DNA of 64,000 nt, from positions 3,371,922-3,435,921 of the forward strand of contig MU053482.1 in assembly GCA_013239625.1 (NCBI GenBank), in the 5' to 3' direction. This document shows positions 26,568-40,089 of the stretch, piece by piece (position 1 is the first letter of the stretch; each line of letters starts with the position of its first letter). The notes under the pieces were generated by a model. That model saw only the letters and a program-made list of their open reading frames with translations, had not been told where the DNA came from and ran no database searches. This DNA is from Lama guanicoe. Lineage: Eukaryota. The translations under genes were made by a program, and so were the position numbers.

Positions 26568-28829
26568 GAGCCATGGTAAAATTTATCTTTATAAAGGCCA
26601 ACGTGATAGGTGAAGATTCCTCAAGACAGCATTAGAACTCAACCCCACAGTGACTCAGTGGCACTCATCTGCTGATAACCGCTGTCCTGTGCAGAGTCTA
26701 GTGGGGCCCCATTGATCCAGAGACTGGCAACATGGGGGGCCCAGGAGAGCTGCTTTATGGCTCCAAGTGAGGCAGGCCCAGAGTCTGTCCACCTGGGCCC
26801 CACTGTTTCTGCCTCATTGTGTCACATGTATCTGTGACTAGGAAGAGGTTAAGTTGATTACTGTCTGGCTACTGCCTGCAGCCCAAGGGAAGTCCACTCA
26901 CATAGCCCAGGGAAAAGGGATGAATTAGACACCAAGTCTGGGACAACAAACACACCTGGGGAGTGCCGTGTGCTTCTGAAGGTCCCATTTAGAAGCAGAC
27001 TGGGAGAGAAAGCCTGTGTCCCTCTGATGTCCTTCATCATAGTAGCCATGGCCTTGCCACTTTCTTGCTATGACCTAACCTTCTGATAGCTCTTCCCAAA
27101 ATGGATTTCTGGGTCTGGACAAGTGGGGCCTAAACAGGGACTCTGACCTACAAGCCGAAATGTGATAGATAAGGATGAAGATGGGATAGAACTGAACACT
27201 AGAACATACTATGATCTGGATTTGCACTCAGGGCAGAACTGAAGTTACCTTAATAGTCAATGGTCTATAATGCCCATTCAGAGGAGTACTTTGTTGTCAA
27301 TAATTCTTGCATATGTGATCCTCAACTTTTATATGTTCCAATTCTCAAGTAATTTTCACTGTGTAACCATACATTGAGACTCTGAGACTGGTACTTCATG
27401 TATCAGCTGATGAATTTTGGGTTCCCTCTAGGTGGCTACTTGCTACCTGCTGCAAAAGGCTGGGTCTCTACCTTTGGATGAGGGCACAGGAAATGTTTAT
27501 GGTGGAGTCGACCTCGTTTCCCTCAATGTGCCAAGGGGACCCCCAAACCCCCTGGAGGGCCTGGGGCTTGCCTGTTGAGATCAGATTGCAGAATAGGGTG
27601 GATGCTTCTGTCTCCTCTTTCCCCTCTGGTGGTCTTTGCATCCGGGGGGTGGGGTAGGGAAGGAGCTTGGTGGCTGGTGGTTCTAGATGATGGCAAGGGT
27701 GGTCTTCTGGCTGGGGATGGTGGAGATCTGGCCCATCTGTCATAGTGGAGAAGGTGAGGGTGGAGAGGAATGGTGGAATCATGCAACAGGAGCCACAGGC
27801 TGGATCTCTCCAGGGCTCATGGAGCAACAGGGGTCATGGGTGCCTGTGAAGGCTTGCACCTGCCAGGACCAAAGGCGAGCATAATGCCTGTGTAACAGGG
27901 ATGATATTTTTGCAAATACAAAACTGATATGTTAAATTACCCCTTACCTTATTGTTTTCCTGTGGAGATGCAGTTACAAAGATTATCACTAGAGGGCAGA
28001 AGAGACCTCTTTTGCAGGACAGCAGTCTTCTAGCCGCAGCCACCACTTCTCCCATAGAGCAGGGTTGAGCTGCTTTATGCTTCCCTATTCACATAGAAAA
28101 TGAGATGTGTATGGTGCATTGGAGGGAACTGAAGGGGACTGGAGAATATCTATTTGGGCTTAGTGAAAAAATGCACAACATTTTTTCATGTTTTGTAATT
28201 ACAGTAAGATACAAAGCAAAGGAAAATAGTAATATTGAATTTGTATAGAATTCTAAATAAAATTATTTCAAATATTTTATTAAACATGAGCTTACTTCCA
28301 GGAACATATCTTTTTATATATGATTTCAGACTGAAATGGCAGCATGAAATTTCTGATGGAGATTTTTAATGATTTCTTCAAATTCTTGATAATCATCACT
28401 GACAAGAAAATTTGTATAAACTAGTGGTAACAAATTAAAAACAGCTTTATAACCACTCAAAAATTTACAGCAGTTGAAATTGTATGTAAAGATGATAAAT
28501 TTCTCTTTTCTTCCATTGACAAAGGTAGCGTTGAAATTTCTTGTGATAAGACATTGGATTTAGCATCCATCAAATCTCTAGCATTTGCATGTACTGAAAT
28601 AATGATGAAGCACTGATTTGCAAAATACATATGCATTTTTAGAGCATTCCCCCTGCAGCCAGCCTCGATGTAACTAAAAAAAGCTCAGCTGCTGCAAAAG
28701 ATAAGAAGCAGCCCAATGCATAGAGTCACCTTTGTCCTGATTTGTCCTGATGGGTTCTGATTTATGCCTTCTAACCTGACATGACTGTTCATAGCACCTC
28801 CTTTCACTCAAAAAAAAAAAAAAAAGTGC

Positions 28830-29232
28830 ATCAGTTTGATGTTGATACACGTGACATGGACAAAGCTCAAAAACATCCTGCGTAAAAGAAGCCAGACACA
28901 AAAAAGTACATGCTGTATGATTGATTTCATTGACTTGAAATTCTAGAACAGACATAACAAATTTGTAGTGATGGAAAGCAGATGAAAAGTTGTCTTGGGT
29001 AGCCATGGTGGGTGGGGACAGGGGTGTGGGGAGTGGAAGATGACTGCAAAGGGGTTCAAAGGAACTTTTGGGGTAATGGCAAGGTTTTCTATCTTGGCTG
29101 TGGCAGTGATTACCCTGGTAGATCGCCCACAATCACAAACGAATGTTTGTCGAAACTCATAGTATTGTATATTTAAACTGGGTGCATTTTATGGTATGTA
29201 AACGATACCTCGTTAAAACTTGTTTAAAAAAA
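28830..29232 (+). mobile_element. Old L1 (L1ME-type) 3' end
   Basis: AAAAGAAGCCAGACACAAAAAAGTACATGCTGTATGATT..GGGTGCATTTTATGGTATGTAAA. Confidence 0.8.
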
Positions 29233-29299
29233 GAAAATGTACCAGTTTGGACAATAAGTTATTTGGTTTACGCACATAAGGGTGAAGAGATTCAGGGCT

Positions 29300-29620
29300 G
29301 CCATCTGACGCTGTGCCCTCCGAGACCGCCCCCCTGCGATCCTTGCCCCTCCCCCACCCCGTGGCCGGCACTCTGCGGGGGAGGGGAGCGGCGCCTGGGC
29401 AGGTGGTGGAGCGCCCCTTTGATGCGTGGGGGGAGATCTTTTTCCTTGCTGCCTAGGGGGTCCCACTGGAGGGGACAGCCCTACAAGGAGCGAGGGTCTC
29501 TCCGCGTGACCAGCCCACGTGCTCCAGCCGCCCGCTCGCCCCAGGGCTGTGGGCGTCGCCACGCCACTTTGCTGCACAACCTTGGCCCACTGGAGGCACG
29601 CCCTCTAAAAGCTCTGGCCT
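29300..29620. promoter_or_regulatory. Second small CpG-rich element (enhancer/insulator-like)
   Basis: Local CpG enrichment, G/C runs, CACGTG at 29516-29521 and degenerate CTCF-like motifs. Confidence 0.45.
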
Positions 29621-29829
29621 AGGGAGGACACCTCCACCAGTCCCTAAGGCTTACTCAGGAGGGTGGAATCAGAAAGGGGGAGGAACTTACGTAAAGGAAG
29701 TAAGTAAACCAACGCCCACTTCTTGGCCCCAGGAGGTAGAAGAAGGAGACTGAGAGGGGGAAGGGGGAGAGAAATGAGGAGAGTCAGACACGTGGGTCTT
29801 CAGCCCCCTTTCTGGGCTTTGGTTTAGAG

Positions 29830-30160
29830 CAGGTATCAGCACACTCTTCTATAAAGGGCTAGATAGTCAGTGTTTTAGGTTTTCGGGTTGTCCTGTGTCT
29901 GTTGCAACCACTAAACTGCACTGTAGTTGGAAAGCAGCCTTGGACAATATGGAAGTGAATGACTGTGGTTGGGTTCCAATACAACTTTATTTATGGCCGC
30001 CGAAATTTGAATTCATGTTATTTCCATGTGTCACAAAATATGATTCTTCTTTTGATTGTTTCCAACCACTTAAAAATATAAAAAACATTCTTAGCTCACA
30101 GGCCTTGCAAAACAGATGGTGGGCTGGATGTGACTTGGTGGCAGAGCTTGCCACCTGCTG
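29830..30160 (+). mobile_element. MER58B-like hAT-Charlie MITE
   Basis: CAG..CTG termini, ~330 bp, 8-bp TSD GT(T/C)TAGAG (29822-29829, 30161-30168). Confidence 0.85.
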
Positions 30161-33100
30161 GTCTAGAGAGATGTGTTTAGTGTGGGAGACCCTGAGGGTG
30201 CAGGGCTTCTGGAAAGGAAAGGTGAGGTTCCTGGATTTCTGGGTTTCAACACAGTTAAAGAGGCCATGACCTTTAGCTTTACGGGGATGTTCTCAGTTCC
30301 TGTTTGTTTTGCATGGAACCCAGAAGTTCTCTCAGCCCCTGAAAAAGCTAACACATTTTAAATTTCTGAGTATAACCTCCATCCATAATATACAAATGTA
30401 TTATTTGACTTCCAGCCATTTCATTTTGACTTTCAAATAAGTATTCAGACATCATTTGGCATGGCATAAATAAAAGAATATAAGAGGGCCATGAACTGTC
30501 ATAAAAATGTGTTAGGAACCAAAGGTTATGAGGAACTGAATTCTGTGGTTTTGAGGTCTATAAAGAAGTTTGTGTGAGGTGACTCCCTCAATAAAGTCCA
30601 GGGTGGGAGCCCCTTCAGGTAACATTATAGGGAGCTAATTTGACACTGGGCCAGGAGTCTATTGTAGTCACTCCCCCTGGTACCCAGAGCAGGCAGCTGG
30701 GGGAAGCAGTGTCCCTGCGGGAAGGGCTAGAACAGGGCCTGTTTCTGGGCATGCATGATACTTAACACCTGCATGCCTTCGCTCAGCCTGTGTTCTCAGG
30801 TGTTCATAGCCAATCTTGCTTTTTGCTTCCTCTCTCCTCCCTCCTGAGACCCTGGTCTCACTCTCATTCTGCACCCCTGGATCCTTTCTTTTCTTATTCC
30901 CTTCTCCTCCTCCTTGTCACATGCACAGTCTTTTTGGCTTTGCTCATGGGATTTTCACGGACATCATGGTACCCTGAGGTGGTGCTGTGGCACAGCTCTT
31001 GGCCCTCCCACCCTGTCCGTTGGGGGGCTCTCCTGTGCCCACTGTTTGTGAATTGAGTGAGGGAAAATGGCAGTTTGGCTCAGGAATAGTGAAGCTGGAT
31101 AGCATCCCTGGCTCCCTTCCCATGCTCCCAGTTGGAAGCCAGACTTCAGAGTGGAGTGGCCACTGGAGGGCTGGCCACCCTGAACTCTTCTCTGTCCCCT
31201 CCCCTCACTCCCTCTGCCCTTCGCATCACTAGCTACCTTCTCTGTGTTGTTAACAGATTATAATGTAGTTTCTCAGGCCTGCCTCCCCTCAGCAGCTGGG
31301 CGGGGCCGTCTGTGTCCCTCCAGGACCTAGAACAGGGCCAGGCCCAGAGTGGGCCTTGATGATGTTCGTTGGCTGGAATTGAATCAGCAGTTCACTAGTG
31401 GGTTCTGTCCAGTCTGGCTGAAACCTGGGAACTTGGGCCAGCCCCTGCTGCCTGTCTTCAAGAGACCTCAGCCACGGAGGATTCCTGTGGGTCACTGTAC
31501 TCCAGAACACTCTGTCATGTTTACTAACAGGGCATCCATGGGCAAGGAGGGTTGGGCACCCAGGAGAGAAGCTGTGCCACACCACAGGGCAGAGAGGGAT
31601 GGAGACAGGGACAGGGACAAGGTCAGGGCTCTAGAAACGGGCTTTGGCAGGAACATTGCTATGGGGGAGAGGCAGACAGGGCAGGAACAGAGAGCAGGGG
31701 GAGTGAGATCTGTGCCTCCTCCTTGGTCCTGGGCTTCCTGCTGGGGCAGAAGCTGGCTGCCTCTCCCAGAGAGAGCCATGCGGAGCACACAGGAGTGTGA
31801 GAGCTCCTTCAGCCTCCCCGGGGTCTAATTATGGAGGCTGGGGACCCAGGCTCTCATCCCCACTGGGGTCTTTCAAGTGGGAGTTTCAACTCTCAGGTTT
31901 CTTCTGCTGAGGGCTCCAGGGGATAACTGCTGTGGGAAAGGGCAATTTTGGGTGGCAGGAAAGGGATTTCTCTGAGGCCCAGTATTTTGTGAATTAAGTG
32001 AGGCACCTGGGAGGGCTTGGAAAGTTGGTGGGCGGAGCCACACGACTTGGCCCTCTGCAGCCCCCCACCCCCGACTGAGTTGTAGCTGCCTATTTCATCG
32101 GTTTTAATGGGTTTGTACTTTCCTTCACAAAGGATGTTAGAAGGAGACCTTAGAGCCTCAGTCTCTGTGTCAGGTACTGACAGGAAGCCCACAGCCTAGA
32201 GCGTGGAAGGTCGTAGGATGGACCTGTCGGGTGACGTTTTGTTTTAATAGGGAACTGCACAAAATGACCAAGTGGGGCTAGGGAGGGGGTGTCCAACTCT
32301 GCCTGGAGGTAGGGCTCTTAGTGACACCTTCCTAGAGCAGGTGGCACTTTTGCAGATTTGGGCGGGGAGGCAGGAGGATGGGAATTTCAAGAGGGAGTAG
32401 CATTTGTAAAAGTGTGGATGTGAGACAGCTCTGGTCCTTCCCTTCCCTTCAGGCAGTCAGGAAGCTTTGACAAAGTGCTTGGGTGGGTAACTCAGGATGA
32501 ACCCCCTCATTCCTGAGACACACATCTCCTCTGTTTAAGAGGGCCCTCAAGGGGCCCACCATGAGTAGTATGGTCAGCATAGAGGGGGGTGGTCCTGAAA
32601 GGGTTAAAAACTATCGGCTTCCACGCCTCCCACTCTCCCCATCTAGGGGTGCTCTGCACTGCCCCGACCTTTCCCGCCACCTCCCTTCAGCCCCACCTGT
32701 AGCCCCTAGAGAAAGTATGACCTAGAGGCTCAAAACAAGGCCCCTGGGTGTGACATCTGTGGTGATGGCGGCCACCAGGGTTAGACTGTAGATGCTTTGT
32801 GGGTGTGGACCACGCGGAAGGAATGTGGGGGCCAGTTCCCTGTGACACTTTTGTCTCACAGCTTCTAAGACAGCAGTGGATCCACCAGGATATCCCCTGT
32901 GAGTCCTGGCCCTGTTCAGGTGTTGGAGGAGCTTAATAGCATCCAGATGTGACTTCTGTTCCAGGAATGGTTGTTTTGGGGATGTTGGCAGAATGGAGAT
33001 TGGACTTGTTGAAGTTTGAGAAATTTTAAATGTTAGTAGCTCACAGTCCTTAGAGGTCTTGTCCTGAACGTCTCAAATTGGGATGTGCACTGCTACACCA

Positions 33101-34271
33101 AGGGTGAGCCAAGGTGGGATACATATGGACCGTCTTCCTGGAGCATCAGTTTGATGTGAATTATTTGTGGGGACTACCACTTCCAACTATGTTTATTAAA
33201 ATAAATACACATATAAGGGTAGAATGCAGAATTTGCATAAGTGTTTCAGTAAGTCGGGAGCTCTCCAGAAATCTCAAGTGTCAGAGGTGCGTTCAGGCTA
33301 TCGTCCCAGACCCTTGGGATTTGCATTCTTTCCTCTGCTCTGAGTATTGTCACTCTCTCCACATTTTATAGAGGACAAAACTACATCCAGAGAGATGGAT
33401 CAGTGACTTGCCTAACTGATACCACAGAATGAGAGGTGGAGGTGGGACTGGAACCCACATGGCTGGACTCTGCATTTAGCATGTTGTCTACTACACAACA
33501 GAGACTGTAAGTACCATGTTTTAGTATTTTGGTTTTGGTAGTGCCATGGAAATAACCAAATCCCACCTGTCAAAGTAGTCTTTGAGCACAATGGGAGGAA
33601 ATATGGACAGTGGAAAGAATCAGAGACTGAAAGTCAAGAGACTGAATTTTATCCTCAGGTGGTTCTTTTAGTAATTAAGCTCTGTGACTTTAGGCAAATT
33701 ACTTAACTCCCCTGTTGCTTTGCCTTCCTTATCCATAAAGTGTGGTGACTACACAAGGTACTGTCTAACAACCCGGCCTTCGACGAAGCGGGACACTGCT
33801 TACCTTTGCAGACCCTCCAGACCTGCAGATGGGCTGATCCTGGCCCTTCTGGAGCCCCTGAGGGAGGGGCAGCCTGCAGTTCGGTTGGCCACGTCTGCTT
33901 AACAGGGACCAAGGAAGGCTGCAAATGCGGCTTGGACCGGGTCTGGAAAATTAGCCTTCTACAGGATGTTCCCGACTTTGTTGGGGATCATCCAGCTACG
34001 AAGTCGAGGTCAAAGCCACTCAAGCTGTCCTAGTAAGGGTGCTTGTGTGAGGATACACTAGGCAGTCTCAAACCTGGGAGAGGAAGAGCTGCCTGGTCCT
34101 GGCCTGAGGCTGGTACCCAACACTGTCTCCATATTCCTATCCCAGGCCAGCAGCATCTTTCATGTTCATTGCTCTTTCTCTCCTTGCATCTTGATTGGCT
34201 TCCTCTGCTTGCACATAGCCAGCATGGCTACCAGCACAGCAAGGGTATAGCCCACAGCTCCTCAATCTGCT

Positions 34272-34318
34272 AGAGAGAGAGAGAGAGAGAGCGCGAGCGA
34301 GTGAGCGAGCGAGTGAGC
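34272..34318. repeat. (GA)n/(GAGC)n compound microsatellite
   Basis: Seen directly in the sequence. Confidence 0.9.
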
Positions 34319-34399
34319 TATAAGCTTGGCTGGCTGCTGAGCTGGGGAGGGTGCTAGGAGACTCACCAACTGGTATGTAAATTTTACCCAACTCCCCAT

Positions 34400-34918
34400 C
34401 TTTCAGTGCAGTGCCTCACCTTTACCTTCCCTGTGCCAGGGTTCTCTTATCTGTGAGTTTCTCTGGGTCAGTTTCTGCAGAGACTAAACCATTTATTTCC
34501 CATAGTTTCCTGGCAGCACAGGATTAGGGAGGGGCTCCGGGAGAGCCAACTCTTCCTTATAAAGACTTTCTCCCTATCCTTCTGTTTTCAGCTGCATTTT
34601 CTCACCTTGGCTCAAATTTATCAGCCTTACTGGGGTTCAGTGATTGGAACCAGCTTGCTTCTTGCTGGCACCCCTCCCCCACTGCCCCCTGTGTGGGCGC
34701 TTTGGTTTCAGCTTTCCCTGTTTTGCTTAGTTGCTGTTATCCAGCCTCTTCCCTCTTCCAAGGATTTATTAACTTCTCTTGTTCCCTGTCATCTTCATGC
34801 CATTCTCTCTGTTCTGGTGGGCTCATTCTTTTTTATTTCATCACTTTTGCTTTAGTGGGTGTCAGGAGGGAATGGAGATACACACGTGTTTAAAATCACC
34901 AGTGCATAAGTGGAAGTC
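34400..34918 (-). mobile_element. Old L1ME/HAL1-type 5' end
   Basis: Ends ..CATAAGTGGAAGTC, resembling the reverse of a GACTTCCGG..ATGG L1M 5' terminus. Confidence 0.5.
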
Positions 34919-34929
34919 GCAGTGACCAT

Positions 34930-36997
34930 TCAAAACATTCTTTCATCCCCATCAGTCCTTTGAAACTCTTCTTGTCAAGGACACACATGATTTTCCTGTT
35001 GCCAAATCAAATGGTAACTCCACTGCCCTCACAATACTGTCTCTCAGCGGCATTCCATGTACTTGACACCTCCCTTGTTTCTTGAACAACTTGCTGCTTT
35101 TGACCTTCATGATTCTTCTGACTTGTCTGCTTCATCCACTGGCTGCCTTTGCCTTTTGTTAATTCTTCCTCTTCTGAGAATCCCCATGGACTCTCACCTC
35201 AGTTCTCTCCTCTCCTGTATCCATACGCTTTCCCCAGTGGATCTGATCTTGTCTTAGGTCTTTAAATACCTCCTAAAAGCCATGACCCCCACATATCTAT
35301 CTCCAGCCCTGATATCCCCTGAATCCCAACTTGGCATCTCTGTTTAAATTCCTAACAAGCATCTCAAACTAGAACTCTTGACTTCCCCCCAAATCTGTTC
35401 CTTCCTAGTGCTTTCCATCTAAGTACATGACATGCCCGCAGAGCCAGTTGTTTAACACTAAAATGCAGGATCATGCTTCACTCTTGATCTTGCTCTCTTG
35501 CTTTCCTTCTCTGCTCCCACTGACTACATCAGCAAGCCCTGTCAGGGCCTCCACAACGTACTACTGTGTCCACGTCTTCCCAACTCCATGGCAACTACCC
35601 CGTCAAAGCCGCCATTGTGTCTTGCTTGGACTATGCCAGTTACCTCCTGACTGATTTCTCTGCTTCCACCATTGCTCCCCTCGTCCCATGAGCCACCTTC
35701 CATGCTGCAGCCAAAATGATTCCATTAAAAATGTCTGTCAGGCCCCAGTTCACCTAAGGCAGGAGTCAGGAAACTACAGCCTGCTGGCTAAATCTGGCCT
35801 GCCACCTGTTTTTATATTAATCCTAAGCCAAGAATGGTGCTAACATCTTGAAAAAAAATCAAAAGAATAGTATTTCATGTCATGTGAAAATGACATGAAA
35901 TTCAAATTTTAGCGTTTATAAATAACGTTGTATTGGAACACAGCAACAGACCGTCATTTACATATTGTCTACGGCTGTTTTTGCATCATAAGGGCAGAAC
36001 TGAGGGGTTGTCACAGAGACCACATAGCCTCAAAGCCTGAAATATTTACACTCTGGATCTTTAAAGAAGATCCCCTGACCTAACCACAAATAAAGTTCAA
36101 CACTTTTATCATTTAAAATTTGGTGATAGGGGTCTATGAAGAGCATGAGTTTTCCTTGTGAGAATTAAGGAATTATTCAGAGCATTTGTCTCATTGGGAG
36201 AAACTCTTCAGATTGGGCTACATCTACAATAATTCTAAATAAAAAAGAAAACAGATTATTTCATCTCATTTGAAATCTAAGAGCCAAGAATCACTTTTTA
36301 TCAAAAGTTATTTAAGAGTTCAGTCAAAACCAAACTTAACTAGTGGATTGGAGTGAATAAATTCCTAACCTGTCTGGTAAGCATGTTCTTAATTTAGATA
36401 TCAGCTGTGCATTAGCAAATAAAATATGGAAGAGAAATTGAACTAAAATAATGTTTATCAGGTTATGCCACTCCCTTGTTTAAGATTCTCTGGTGATTTC
36501 CTATTGCCTTTAAAATAAAGGCCAAGCTTCTTATCACAGCCTCTGCTCTTTTATAAGCTCCTTCTACCACCTTCCATTGGTTTAGAGGCTTCAGCCACAC
36601 TGGCCTTTCTGTTGCTCTCTCATTTCTGCCCCAGGACCTTTACATTTGCTCTTCCTTCTGCCCAGAATGTTCATTGCAGCCAAACTTCTCATTCATGACT
36701 AAGCTCATATTTTCCTAGTCTATTTTATCTAGAGTAGGCGGCCCTTCTAGCAGATGACTCTCTAACACATCACTTTGTTTTGTTTGTGTTTTTAAAAATT
36801 CATAGCAAGTTATCAGTATTCAAGACTGTCTTCATTTATTTCTTTATCTGTGTATCATTTAACTGTCCCACTAAAAAATGAGCTCTATAATGAAGGGCCC
36901 TTGTCTGTCTTGTTCATTTTTGTGTATCTGCACTTACAACAGTGCTTGAGATCCAGTAGGTGCTCAATAAATATCTGTGCATTTAAAGAGTGAATGA
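34930..36997 (+). mobile_element. L2 LINE split by an insertion at 35743-36449
   Basis: L2 motifs on both sides (TTGCCAAATCAAATGG; TATCTCCAGCCC; AGTAGGTGCTCAATAAATAT). Confidence 0.8.
35760..36077 (-). mobile_element. MER58B-like MITE, opposite orientation to the copy at 29830
   Basis: CAGGAGTCAGGAAACTACAGCC..CCCCTG termini; TSD ACCTAA(GG/CC). Confidence 0.8.
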
Positions 36998-38289
36998 CTG
37001 TTAAGCTAAAGGGACTAGTTCCCAGAAAAAGGATGTGGGCAGAACAAGAACGTCTAAACATGTCTTTTGAACTTTTGCTTCCCTTCCTCACTCTAGGTCA
37101 CAGTATTACACGAAGCCTGGCAATTTTATAAAGAGTCAGTGAGCAGAATTGAAGGATAAAGGGGAAGATAAGAGGGTGGGGTTGGCTGGCTCAGTGACAT
37201 GGCTCTGCAAAGATTTCACTCTGTTCCTTCACCCCAAACAGCACAGTTTTCTGTTGTGACATTCTGTAATTTTCCCTGCAACTTCCTTTAATAACTTTTC
37301 ATGGGTTATTTTCCACGTGGTCAGTCTGTTCCAACAACTGCAACTGTGAAGAGTGAGGCTTGGAATGGCTGGGGTGGTCCTGAGACTATCTGAGGGAGGG
37401 CCTGGCACATTGTTTGCACCTGGAACCGATTCCCAGCTCTCCTTTGCGTAGGAGGGTCCAGGAGTGACGCACAGGGCGCTCCTCTGTGGTCCTTTTTAGA
37501 GAGTATGGTTCAAAGAAGCCCATTTTGTCTCCACGTTAAAACAGAAATCTGTGGTCTGCAGCTCAGAGCAGATGTGGTGACATAAATTCTCTCTGGGATT
37601 TGGGGCTGTAGTCTGGGAAATGACTATTTAGCAGTTTCCTTTCCTTTGTGTTTCTGTGTGGTTATTGAAGGTTTTCATCTGGAGGAAAAAACAAAAATAA
37701 AAATAGCAACAAATATATTTATTTAAAAAGAGAAGGAGAGATAGAAATGTTCATCTTTTGAAGGAAGCAAAGGGAAGGCCGGGTGCCTGAGCACGTTCCC
37801 TTTGTGAGTGACTTGAGACTCTAGGCAGGGGACAGAGCTCCTGCAGAATTTTTACAGACCTAGGGAAGTGGTGGGCCAGGCTTTGGGAACCTCGGTGTCC
37901 TCTTTCTGCTGCCCACAGCCCAGGGCAAGTTCTACCCGAAGGTGAGGGAGGAGCAGCAGCTGCCCGGCGTGCTTTGCAGAGGTCTCCCACCCCCGTCCCG
38001 CCTTGCCTGCCATCCTGGGGCTGTGAGCGCCCTCCTTCAGCTACTCAGCGAAGAGGGATGCGCACTCAGCTTGCATGACTGGGCATCTCCTGGCGACACC
38101 TTCTTACTCACTTAACAGCACAGCTGCTCGCAGGTTCCCTTGTCATGTTCTCAGTGATCTGTGTACTTGTTTCTTGAGCCCCTTCATGTCTGACCCAGTT
38201 CTCAGTCCAGACCTTGCTTCTCTTAATTACTCCGCATACTTATGCAAGAGATGGTGCACCCGCATAGTAATGAGGCCTCTTCAGGCCTC

Positions 38290-38324
38290 GTTCTCGTAGG
38301 TTCTGGCTTGTTCTATGACGTTCT
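38290..38324. promoter_or_regulatory. Candidate heat-shock element array
   Basis: GTTCT four times at exact 10-bp spacing (38290, 38300, 38310, 38320) with unrelated spacers. Confidence 0.5.
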
Positions 38325-39019
38325 AAGGATGTGGGTGGGGGAGGCGGGGAGAGCTGTTACCAGGTTTGCTTAATCTGGGCACCAGGATCTAGGCAGTGAC
38401 TGCTTGTCGGAAGGCACCAGGCCAAGATGTCTTTCTGTAATGGCAAGTGTCTTATTACCATAATCAGAGAAGAGCTTTCCTTGGAACTCTATGAAGACAA
38501 TGATAACACAAAGTTAGTCTAGAAGGACTGAGCTGACACTTGGGGATGAGAACTATCCAAGTGGACCAAAGCGAATGTATGAACACAAGTGACCACACGG
38601 AAGACGAAGTGTTGTTCAGTTTTTGATGCTAATTCCTCTTCACCAGGGTACTGTGACAGCCACAACCGGATGGGGCCGAGGAATTCCTCTGTCCTGATTC
38701 TGTCGGAATTCTCTTCTTTCGTTGTCTTACCCTGGTTTTAGTTCTTAATCCTCTTCATCATTTCCAGCTGTCTGCCTACCGCATTGTCTACCCTGAAATG
38801 ATTTACTTTCTTTAAATGGGGTTTAGCATCAAGAGTGGAGAATTCCCACTCTCTCCACCAGCAGTTGCTCCACGTTCACAGCAAAGGAGCAAATCTTCAG
38901 TGGCTATGCTTTTGAGGAGGTTTGATTTCATCCAGTATGTCTGGCTCTGCATGGATGCCTTAAGATACTAGGGATGGCCTTTGGGCCACGGGGTCAAGAT
39001 GACATTAAAACAGGCATTG

Positions 39020-39670
39020 TATACATCTGAAAAAAATGAAAATGCTTATTCTAAAAGACATATGCAAAAAAAAAAGACATATGCACCATAATGTTCATAG
39101 CAACATTATTTACAATAGCCAAGATATGGAAGCAACCTAAGTGTCTATCAACAGATGATTGGATAAAGAAGATGTAGTATTTAAATATATACAGTGGAAT
39201 ATTACTCAGCCATAAAAAGAATGAAATTTTGCCATTTGCAACAACACAGATGGACTTGGAGGGTATTATGCTATGTGAAATAAGTCAGACAGAGCTAGAT
39301 AAATACTGTACGATATCACTTATATGTGGAATCTAAAAAACAAAACAAGCTATTAAAATAACAGAAAAGACACAGACTCACAGATGTAGAGAACCAACTA
39401 GTGGTTACCAATGGGGAGAAAGAAAAGGGGAGGGGCATGATAGGGGAGGGGATTAAGAGGTACAAATTACTATGTATGAAATAAATAAGCTACAAGGATA
39501 TATTGTTCAACATAGAGAATAGGGCCAATATTTTTTTTAAAACTGTATGGAGTATAATCTTTAAAAATTGTGAATCACTATGCTGTATACCTGAAACTTA
39601 CATAATATTGGAAGTCAACTGTGTCTCAATTAAAATTTTTTTAATTAAAAAAAATTTAATAAAAATAAAA
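39020..39670 (+). mobile_element. 5'-truncated L1 3' end
   Basis: GCCAAGATATGGAAGCAACCTAAGTGTC ORF2 end, 3'UTR and A-rich tail. Confidence 0.9.
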
Positions 39671-40089
39671 ACCACCAGGGATCTATATCTAAGTTATTCG
39701 TTTCTGGACCCCACTCTTACCCTCTTTCCATGTTTAGGAAGCAATTCTTCACTTTTAGTAACAGCAGAATCATATCATTCTACTTAAAGTTGTCACTGTC
39801 ACCTAAAGGCAACATGATGCTCATGTTTGTTTTTACTGAGATGTAGTTGATATACAATGTTGTGTGAGTTTCAGGTGTACAACATAGTGAGTTACAATTT
39901 TTAAAGGTTGTATTCCATTTCATAACCACGTATGTGGGCCACACATTTACAGTGCCCTCCTGAGAGCACCTTGTAACTAACAGTCCTTACATTTGTTCAG
40001 TGACACAGGTCAACAGAGTACCTTAGTATATTTACATATACTGTCTCATTTCCATATTTCTTTCTTTTCTTTTGCTGAAACTGCATTGT

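Noticed and set aside
27100..28680. AT-rich block resembling a decayed hAT transposon
   Set aside because: Could not identify termini, TSD or convincing transposase motifs by eye.
1586..32970. Scattered TTCnnnGAA (STAT) and TGA(C/G)TCA (AP-1) motifs
   Set aside because: About 16 TTCnnnGAA matches are expected by chance in 64 kb; no enrichment was evident.
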